Below are positions 8,389 to 15,183 of a DNA stretch of 32,255 bases, in pieces. A program made the translations under genes and the position numbers. A model generated the notes under the pieces. The model was not told where the DNA came from. It saw only the letters and a program-made list of their open reading frames with translations, and ran no database searches. Source of the DNA: Solirubrobacterales bacterium. GTDB taxonomy: Bacteria > Actinomycetota > Thermoleophilia > Solirubrobacterales > 70-9. Every line of letters starts with the position of its first letter. Positions within the stretch are counted from its first letter, which is position 1. The DNA lies in contig DATMRN010000212.1 in the NCBI GenBank assembly GCA_035566275.1, positions 1 through 32,255 on the forward strand. The letters are read 5' to 3'.

Positions 8389-9893
8389 GGGCTGATCGCC
8401 GCAGGATCGGGGGGACCGACCTGTCCCAGCGGCCCGTTGACGTCGGGGACGGGGTTCGTGTAGCAGCGCACGCTCGGCTTAATCGGTGGGCGGCCGCCGA
8501 GCTGCGGCTGGGTGCCAAGGGGGGCATCGATCGAATACCCCCAATTGCTTTTCTCGTTTATCAGGTTGCCCTTTGGATTCGGTTCGGTAACCAACTGTGG
8601 ACCGCCCCCTGCCTGAAGCCTCAGGTAGGGGCCATTGCCGTCGAAGGTCTGCCCAGCGCCGGCGAAGTTGCTGAGGGCGTAGAAGAATTCGCGGTAGTTG
8701 GGACCGCCGGTGCTGAAGCGGTCGGCGATCGTCTGGTTGCCGGTCGGCACCAGCACCTTGGTCGTGCAGAGGCTGAGCTGGTTGAGTTGCGGCAGGGCGC
8801 TGGCCTTGCCGGCCTGGGCGGCGCCGGCGAAGCCGGGGGTCAATTCGCGCAGCAGCCTCGCGGTGCCGCCCGCCTCCTTGCCGGAGAGCAGCGGGCGGGC
8901 CTGCTTCAGCCACGGTTTGGAGGCGCTGATCAGCCCCGGCAGCTCGGCGACCGCGGGGGTCAGCTCGATCGCGTAGGTGCGCAGCGGCGGCAGCGAACGG
9001 TTGAGGCTGACCAGCGAGGCGCGGGCGGTCTTCAGGAACGGCGCGAAGCGGTGCACCGTGACCGCGAGGTTGGCCGACTGGGCGGCGAGAGCGCCGGTGA
9101 AGATCTCGAAGTTGTCGATCAGGCCCTTGAGGTCGCTCTCGCGGCTGGCGAAGGCGCCGAAGGTGCGCCCGGCGCCGGCGACCAGGCGGGAGAGGTCGTG
9201 CTGCTGAGTGCCAAGCAGGGCATTGGTTACCTGGGCGCTGTAGCGGCTGGCCGGGCCGCCGTATTTGAGGGCGCCGTTGAGGCCTTCCGCCCCGGTCTTG
9301 CCCTGGACTTCGGGGAGCTGGGTGGCGTCTTCGGCCGCACTCGGCTTGTGGGTGAGCGCTTCGCCGTAGCTCTCCAGCAGGCGGCTGAGGTCGGCGCGGA
9401 CCGGGGACTGCAGCGCCGTGAGGATCTCGTCGAGCTGGACCGCGGTGGAAGTGTGGCTGACCGGGATCGTCGCCCCGCTGGACATTTCCGGGGCGCTGGG
9501 GCTGCCGGGGTCGAGTTCGACGAAGAAGTTGCCCTCGAGGAAGATCCGCGGGCGGATCTCGGCGAAGGCGTCGGAGTGGATCGGCCGGCCGGCGCTTTCG
9601 ACCGTGAAGGTGACGTCGGTGTTGTTGCCGTCGCGGCTGGTCGAGACCACCCGGCCGACTTCGACCCCGGCGATCCGCACCGGCGAGTTGAGGGCGATGT
9701 TGGCCGAGTTGGAGAAGGTCGCCTTCAGCTCGTACCCGTAGCTGGTGAAGGGGACGTGCCCGGTGAAGGCAAGGTAGGGCCCGATCGTGAAGATGAGGAT
9801 GAAGATCACCGCGATCAGGGCGTTGCTGGGTCGCCACTTGAAGCGGCGGTCGGTGGCGCCCTGCCTGGTGTCGCGCTCGGGGAGGCGGCTCAC
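8385..9893 (-). CDS. Mce-family protein, 4th of six
   Basis: This is the C-terminal 502 codons of track ORF 8385..11492. GTG 9893 forms GTGA with the upstream stop (9890-9893) and is preceded by GGAGG 6 nt upstream. TM ALIAVIFILIFTIGPYLAF, then an MCE domain (YELKATFSNSANIALNSPVRIAGVEVGRVVST...IRPRIFLEGNFFVELDPG). Confidence 0.9.
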   Translation of the reverse strand: MSRLPERDTRQGATDRRFKWRPSNALIAVIFILIFTIGPYLAFTGHVPFTSYGYELKATFSNSANIALNSPVRIAGVEVGRVVSTSRDGNNTDVTFTVESAGRPIHSDAFAEIRPRIFLEGNFFVELDPGSPSAPEMSSGATIPVSHTSTAVQLDEILTALQSPVRADLSRLLESYGEALTHKPSAAEDATQLPEVQGKTGAEGLNGALKYGGPASRYSAQVTNALLGTQQHDLSRLVAGAGRTFGAFASRESDLKGLIDNFEIFTGALAAQSANLAVTVHRFAPFLKTARASLVSLNRSLPPLRTYAIELTPAVAELPGLISASKPWLKQARPLLSGKEAGGTARLLRELTPGFAGAAQAGKASALPQLNQLSLCTTKVLVPTGNQTIADRFSTGGPNYREFFYALSNFAGAGQTFDGNGPYLRLQAGGGPQLVTEPNPKGNLINEKSNWGYSIDAPLGTQPQLGGRPPIKPSVRCYTNPVPDVNGPLGQVGPPDPAAISP

Positions 9894-11317
9894 TTGCTTC
9901 CTCCCTGACCCTTCAGCTGACCGGAGGTCTTTGTGCCGTGATTGCCCGGGACGTTGCCGATCACGGTCTGGCCAGCCTTGTAGCGAACGTTGCCCGCTTC
10001 GCACTCGTGTGGCTGGCCCGGAGATGCGGTGTTCGGGTATGGGTTGTAATGGAGGTGGTTTTTGACTTCGGGGCCATTGGCTGGAGCAGACGATGGTCCG
10101 CTCTCGGCATTCGGGCCTTCGGGCGGCGTGAAGGAGATGAAGTTGAGCCAGTTGCCCAAGCCATTGCCTCTTTCGGTGGCGCTGGCGAGGTTCCTGAAGG
10201 CGAGGGTGAGGTAATTGCAGGTGGTCTGGGCCGGCGCGATGAACTTGATCGCCGGGCCGAGGGTGTGGTTGGTGTCGATCAGCAGGTCGAGCCCGTTGAA
10301 GACCCCCGGCGCGTTCTGGAAGGCGAGCAGCGCGTCGGCGGTCGGCGGCAGCTGGGCGTTGAGGACCGGCGAGGCGTTGAGGACGGGGATGCCGGCATGC
10401 AGGGCGGCGGCGATCGTCGGCGAGGTTTCGGCGAGGGCGTGGGCGCCGGGCTTCAGCGCCGTGAAGAAGCGCTGCGAGTCGTGCAGGAAGGGCCGCAGGA
10501 CGGGCAGGTCGGCGTTGGCGGCGTCCAGGGTCGGTGGGCTCTTGGAGATCGTTTCCTGGATGAATGGCCGCGAGACGCGGGCAAAGGCGGCGAAGGTGCG
10601 GTCGAGGGCGGCGAAGAGGCTGGCCTGGGTCTCGGCCACCGGCGCGACGGTCGCCGAGAGGTCCTCGAGCGCCCGCCAGAAGCCGCCGAAGTTGGTCTGC
10701 GGGGCGACGATCGTGCGCAGCACCGGCTGGGCGCTGACCACCAGCCGCCGCAGGGAGCCGAACGCTTCGTTGATCTGCGGTCCGCGGCCGGCCAGCGCGT
10801 TGCCGAAGCCGGCCAGGTTGCGGCGGATCGCCACCCGGGTCTTTTCGTCGAACATACCGAAGAACTGGTCGATGTCGACCGGTTCGGGGCGCGCCGCGGA
10901 GACCGGGATCGTTTCGCCCGCGGCGAAGCCCTTGCGGGAGTTTCCGGGGACGATCTGCAGGTACTTGAGGCCGAGCGCCGACTTCGGCCGGATTATCATC
11001 GTCGAGTCGCTGGGGAGCGGTTCGACGCTCTTGTCGAGGCTGAGCGAGAGCTTGGCGGCGACGCTGCCGTCGCTGCGTTGGACGGGGACGACCGACTTGA
11101 CGATGCCGACCCGGACGCCGCCGATCCGCACCTCGTTGCCCTTGACCAGCGCGTCGGCGTTGGGAACTTCGGCGTTGAGGTTGTAGGTGGAGACGAAGGG
11201 CAGCCCGTTGTTGGCGTTGTAGGCGAGGAAGACGGCGACGATTACGACCAGCACGGTGACCGCCCCGACCAGGATCGGGCTGCTCGCGACGCCTGTCAGT
11301 CCCCTGCGGTTCCTCAT
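9890..11317 (-). CDS. Mce-family protein, 3rd of six
   Basis: 475 aa. ATGA overlap with the upstream gene (11314-11317). TM ILVGAVTVLVVIVAVFLAY, then an MCE domain (YNLNAEVPNADALVKGNEVRIGGVRVGIVKSV...IRPKSALGLKYLQIVPG). Confidence 0.93.
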   Translation of the reverse strand: MRNRRGLTGVASSPILVGAVTVLVVIVAVFLAYNANNGLPFVSTYNLNAEVPNADALVKGNEVRIGGVRVGIVKSVVPVQRSDGSVAAKLSLSLDKSVEPLPSDSTMIIRPKSALGLKYLQIVPGNSRKGFAAGETIPVSAARPEPVDIDQFFGMFDEKTRVAIRRNLAGFGNALAGRGPQINEAFGSLRRLVVSAQPVLRTIVAPQTNFGGFWRALEDLSATVAPVAETQASLFAALDRTFAAFARVSRPFIQETISKSPPTLDAANADLPVLRPFLHDSQRFFTALKPGAHALAETSPTIAAALHAGIPVLNASPVLNAQLPPTADALLAFQNAPGVFNGLDLLIDTNHTLGPAIKFIAPAQTTCNYLTLAFRNLASATERGNGLGNWLNFISFTPPEGPNAESGPSSAPANGPEVKNHLHYNPYPNTASPGQPHECEAGNVRYKAGQTVIGNVPGNHGTKTSGQLKGQGGSK

Positions 11318-12801
11318 GGCGCCAGCAGGTAGTTGAGAAGTGGGGCGGTGCCCCCGGTCTTGGCGCCGGGGCCAGGCCCACCAGCCTGGCCGGCCTTGGG
11401 CGACGGCGACGATTCTGACGCGGAGGCGCCGGCACCAGTCCCACCGGTCTGGCCTTCGAGCTGGTGCTCGAGGCGGCGGTAGAGGTCGGCACTGCTGATC
11501 GTCGCCGATGTGACAGCGCCTTCGCCAGTGAAGTTAGCTACGCAGCCACTTTCGGGCTGGACCACATAGTCGACACAGTTGGTCAATGTGACCAGGGTCC
11601 GACCGAAGTGCCCGTACTGGTCGAAGCCGTTGAGGGTCGCGGTGGTGTTGTAGATCAGGTCGACCAGGCCGTTCCAGCCTCCGGTCTTTTCGATGTTGAC
11701 GAAGAACTTGGCGAGGTTCGTGGTCGGGCCGGCGCCGCTCTTGGCTAATTCAGTCGTCTTGCGGACGATCGGGTCGGCTTCGCGCAGCTTCGGGCCGGCG
11801 ATCGCGCCGCTGGCGCCGAGGCTCTTCAGCGCCACGGTCGAGGCGGCGGAGAACGGGGTCAGGGCCCTGGTCGCGTCGGTCAGCGACGGCGCCGCCTTGC
11901 CGAAGTCGGCGAAGACCGGGGTGGCGGCGTCGGAGAAGCCCTGGAGGCTGTGCATCGTCAACCGGAACTGGCGCAGGAAGCGCGGGAACTTGCGCAGCGA
12001 CGCTTCCAGTTCCGGCCCCCGTTCGGAGCTGGCCTGCCCGGCGGCGCCGGCGTTGGCGAAGAAGCCGGCGACGTGCGCGCGCACGCGCGAGAACGGCCGG
12101 AGGATTTCCTCGGAGTTGCTGGCCAGCTTGGCGAGCTGGTTGCGCTGGGCGGAGAGGATGGCGAACAGGCGATCGACGTCGCGCAGCACCGGGTTGGCCC
12201 GCTTGACGACTTCTTCGATGTCCTTGCCGCGCCCGGCCAACCCAGCGCCGAGTTCGTTGAGGATGAGGCGGAAGCGCTGCGCGTAGGGAAGGGTTTGGAT
12301 GTCGTTGATCAGGTCGGGGTCGACGCTGGTGCTGTTGTTCTCCACCGGCAGCAGGTACTGCCCGGCGCCGGGCTGGCCGGAGGGGATCTTTTTCAGCGAC
12401 GGCGCCGGCTGGGAACCAGGGGCGCGGGGCAGGGTCGGGTTGCAATCGATGAACTTCTCGCCGATCAGCGACTGGGGGCGGATCAGGCAGCCGGCGTCGC
12501 TGCGGAAGTCCTGGAAGCCGGGGTTGGTGATTTCCATGACGATGATCGCTTTGCCGGGGATCGCCTGTGGCTTGCCGTTCTTGTAGCTGTCGATCTCACC
12601 CGGCATCGAAACGCCCACCGACTTGATTTCGCCGACGTTCGCCCCGGCGACGCGGACCTGCTCGCCCGAGACCATGAAGGAACCGTTGTCGAAGACGGCG
12701 CGGACGAGATAGGCGCTGTTGCCGCCCCCGGAGGAGGAGACCAGCACGATCGCCACCACGACCGCGGCCACCAGAGCGCCGATGATCAGCCCTCTTCTCA
12801 T
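11314..12801 (-). CDS. Mce-family protein, 2nd of six
   Basis: Track ORF 11314..12831. Preferred start is ATG 12801, which forms ATGA with the upstream stop at 12798-12801; ATG 12831 is the alternative. TM LIIGALVAAVVVAIVLV, then an MCE domain (YLVRAVFDNGSFMVSGEQVRVAGANVGEIKSV...IRPQSLIGEKFIDCNP). Gly/Pro/Ala-rich C-terminal tail. Confidence 0.9.
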   Translation of the reverse strand: MRRGLIIGALVAAVVVAIVLVSSSGGGNSAYLVRAVFDNGSFMVSGEQVRVAGANVGEIKSVGVSMPGEIDSYKNGKPQAIPGKAIIVMEITNPGFQDFRSDAGCLIRPQSLIGEKFIDCNPTLPRAPGSQPAPSLKKIPSGQPGAGQYLLPVENNSTSVDPDLINDIQTLPYAQRFRLILNELGAGLAGRGKDIEEVVKRANPVLRDVDRLFAILSAQRNQLAKLASNSEEILRPFSRVRAHVAGFFANAGAAGQASSERGPELEASLRKFPRFLRQFRLTMHSLQGFSDAATPVFADFGKAAPSLTDATRALTPFSAASTVALKSLGASGAIAGPKLREADPIVRKTTELAKSGAGPTTNLAKFFVNIEKTGGWNGLVDLIYNTTATLNGFDQYGHFGRTLVTLTNCVDYVVQPESGCVANFTGEGAVTSATISSADLYRRLEHQLEGQTGGTGAGASASESSPSPKAGQAGGPGPGAKTGGTAPLLNYLLAP

Positions 12802-14204
12802 GGGCCCGGTGGTGCGTCGGCGGGGTTGCATTCGGACGGGGAAACGCCGGCGCCGCCCAGGGGCGGGTCGACGAAGGGGTTGGAGTGGTCAGGAGCGGAC
12901 TGGGTGGCGCCGCCGGGGCAACGGCGGTGGATTCCGGCCGAGGAGCCGAAGGCTTCGAACTGCTGGCTCGGTTTGATCGGTTCCAGCGAGCCGCTGCCGC
13001 TGTTGTAGTTGAAGAGATTGAGGTCGGCCAGCGCCCCGCGGACGTAGTTGCCGTTGCCGTCGTAGTACCCGGAGACCTGGCCGAGCTTGCCGAACCCGTT
13101 GAAGATGTCAGGCGTGTAGGCCCGGGCGAAGTCGAGGTTCGGCTGGAAGGCGGCGATCGCCTGCTGGGAGTTGGGGAAGGCCCTGGCGGCGCGCTGCTGG
13201 ACGGTGGGCAGCGCGGCGAGCAGTTCGCCCGCGTCGTTGGCCTTGCCGGGCTTGCGCACCGTGAATCGCAGGTTTTCGAAGAGGGGGACCGCTTTGGAGA
13301 GGACCGGGCGGAGTTCGGCGAGGAAGGGAGCCAGGTTCTTGGTCGCCGGCTTCGCCGTGTCGACCAGCGGTTCGAGGTCGCCGAGGGCGGCGCGGAGGTT
13401 GACGAAGGTGGTGTTGCTCTGGCGCAGGACGGGGGGCAGCCGCCGCAGGGTCTGGTCGAGGGCGACGTTCTGGGTGGAGATCGCGCCGAAGGCGGTGTTG
13501 GCGTTGGCGATCGCGCTGGAGAGCTGGCCGCCGCGTTCCGACACCGCGGTGGCGAGCCTGCTGGAGCTGACGATGAAGCGCTGGAAGAGGTTCTGGTCGG
13601 CGTTCAGCTCGTGTGTGAAGGCGGCGGTGCGGTTGAGCGCCGGGCCGAAGTACTTGTAGGTCTGGTTCGCCTGGTGGCCGACGCCGGCGTAGATTTCCGA
13701 GTTGCCCTGGATGAACTGGCTGAGCCCGCGGCGCACCCCGGGCGGGAAAGTGTTGAAGAGCTGGTCGATGTCGACCGGCGTCGTGGTCGAGGCGAGCCCG
13801 AGGGTGGCGCCTTCTTCCAGCGCCGGGTTGCTGTTGGGGCCGGGGCTGACCGAGACGTAGTGGTTGGCGACCCCGGAGAGCGAGGTGGCGCGGATCACCG
13901 CGGTGCTTCCCTCGTGAAGCTGCTGTTCCACTTCGACGTGGACGCTGGCAAGGTTGTTTTCGGTCAGTTCGATGTTTTCGACCGAGCCGACCGGCGAGCC
14001 GCCGATCAGGACCTGGTTTTCGGGGACGAGCTGTCCGGCGTTCTGGAAGAGGAGGTCGTACTTGTAGCCGCCGTTGCCGCTGAACAGGACGACGGCGAGC
14101 GCGACGACCACGATCGCGAGGGCAGCGACGACGGCGATGCGGGCGGGGGAGAGCCCCCGGCTGGGCGCCGGGCTTTTCTCCTCGCCTAAGGGATTGGCAG
14201 CCAC
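12798..14204 (-). CDS. Mce-family protein (MCE/MlaD domain), 1st of six
   Basis: 468 aa with a GTG start. N-terminal TM IAVVAALAIVVVALAVVLF, then an MCE domain (YKYDLLFQNAGQLVPENQVLIGGSPVGSVENIEL...IRATSLSGVANHYVSVSPG) and a long helical region. Exactly 2 Cys, both in the last 45 aa. Confidence 0.92.
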   Translation of the reverse strand: MAANPLGEEKSPAPSRGLSPARIAVVAALAIVVVALAVVLFSGNGGYKYDLLFQNAGQLVPENQVLIGGSPVGSVENIELTENNLASVHVEVEQQLHEGSTAVIRATSLSGVANHYVSVSPGPNSNPALEEGATLGLASTTTPVDIDQLFNTFPPGVRRGLSQFIQGNSEIYAGVGHQANQTYKYFGPALNRTAAFTHELNADQNLFQRFIVSSSRLATAVSERGGQLSSAIANANTAFGAISTQNVALDQTLRRLPPVLRQSNTTFVNLRAALGDLEPLVDTAKPATKNLAPFLAELRPVLSKAVPLFENLRFTVRKPGKANDAGELLAALPTVQQRAARAFPNSQQAIAAFQPNLDFARAYTPDIFNGFGKLGQVSGYYDGNGNYVRGALADLNLFNYNSGSGSLEPIKPSQQFEAFGSSAGIHRRCPGGATQSAPDHSNPFVDPPLGGAGVSPSECNPADAPPGP

Positions 14205-14359
14205 GGATCGTCGCTTGCGGTTCCCCGGCCTCCGACCCGGAAGAACGGCGCCGGAATCGTATCCGAGCCATCCCCGGACAAGCGCGCGCCACGCAGGGAC
14301 TTAACTGGAATTCAACGCGCTACTCTGGACCCGCGGGACGGTTATGGCACTGGGAGGCG

Positions 14360-14378
14360 CTTTGGCCAAAGTTCGAAC
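14360..14378. promoter_or_regulatory. two abutting perfect palindromes, CTTTGGCCAAAG and GTTCGAAC, just upstream of the paralog B ribosome-binding site (candidate operator)
   Basis: CTTTGGCCAAAG at 14360-14371 and GTTCGAAC at 14371-14378. SD GGAG is at 14382-14385 and ATG at 14392. The site lies in the 187-nt divergent region shared with the mce operon. Confidence 0.3.
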
Positions 14379-14391
14379 AGAGGAGTAGCCA

Positions 14392-15171
14392 ATGCGCAAA
14401 CGTCCAACCGCGATCGTGGGCTTGGCGGTAGCCATAGCCACAGCGATCGTTGCCTCGGCCGCGATCGCCGGCCCCACCGTTTCCGGCCCGGACGGCAACA
14501 CGCAGGCGATCGACGTCAAGCTGTCGCCGACGAAGCTCTCGAAGAGCATGCAGACCCCCGTCACGTTGAACGTGACCACGAAAACGACCACCACGACGGC
14601 TGCGAACGGGGTGCCGGTGCCGGCGGTCCAGGCGATCGTCGACTTCGACAAGAACACGAAGCTCTTCACCAAGGGCGTCCCCACCTGCGACGCCGCCAAG
14701 CTGCAGAGCACCTCGACCGAAATCGCCCTTCGCGAATGCGGCAAGGCGATGATCGGCGGCGGCAAAGCGACGGCGCTGATCCCGGTCGGCGAAAAAGTCT
14801 TCCCCGAGCCGACGACGGTGACGGCATTCAACGGTGTGCCGCAGGGCGGCAAGCCGGTGGTCCTGCTGCACACCTACGGCGTCTCGCCGGTGCAGACGAC
14901 GATCGTGCTTAACGGCGTCGTCACCAACCTCAACAAAGAAGGCTACGGCCCCCGCCTGACCGTAAGCATCCCGCTGCTGGCCGGCGGAACCGGCGCCCTG
15001 ACCGACTTCCAGACGTCGATCGGCAAGAAGTTCACCTACAAGGGCAAGAAGCGCAGCTACGTCAGCGCCGAATGCAAGAAGTCGCCGCTGAAAGCGCGTG
15101 GCAAATTCGTCTTCAAAGACGGTGAATCCCTGACCGCGTTCTCGACCCAGGGGTGCACGAAGAAGAAATAG
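14392..15171 (+). CDS. secreted 4-Cys protein of unknown function, paralog B
   Basis: 259 aa with a good SD. Signal peptide MRKRPTAIVGLAVAIATAIVASAAIA. Shares KGVPTC, ECGKAMIGGG, AFNGVPQGG, IPLLAGGTGALT and KKRSYVSAECK...ARGKFVFKDG...GC with paralog C, and most of these blocks with paralog A. Thr-rich stretch TTKTTTTTA. Confidence 0.85.
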   Translation: MRKRPTAIVGLAVAIATAIVASAAIAGPTVSGPDGNTQAIDVKLSPTKLSKSMQTPVTLNVTTKTTTTTAANGVPVPAVQAIVDFDKNTKLFTKGVPTCDAAKLQSTSTEIALRECGKAMIGGGKATALIPVGEKVFPEPTTVTAFNGVPQGGKPVVLLHTYGVSPVQTTIVLNGVVTNLNKEGYGPRLTVSIPLLAGGTGALTDFQTSIGKKFTYKGKKRSYVSAECKKSPLKARGKFVFKDGESLTAFSTQGCTKKK

Positions 15172-15183
15172 GCGCCCGCCGAA

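Noticed and set aside
8385-11492. 1035-aa single ORF in the track
   Set aside because: Only the last 502 codons (from GTG 9893, with GGAGG upstream and a GTGA overlap) look like a protein. The upstream part is an Arg/Pro-rich read-through overlapping the real mce gene 9890..11317 in another frame.
13108-14292. 394-aa minus-strand ORF extending upstream of the first mce gene
   Set aside because: It is in a different frame from the MCE-domain translation. It is Arg/Pro-rich with no TM or MCE motif.
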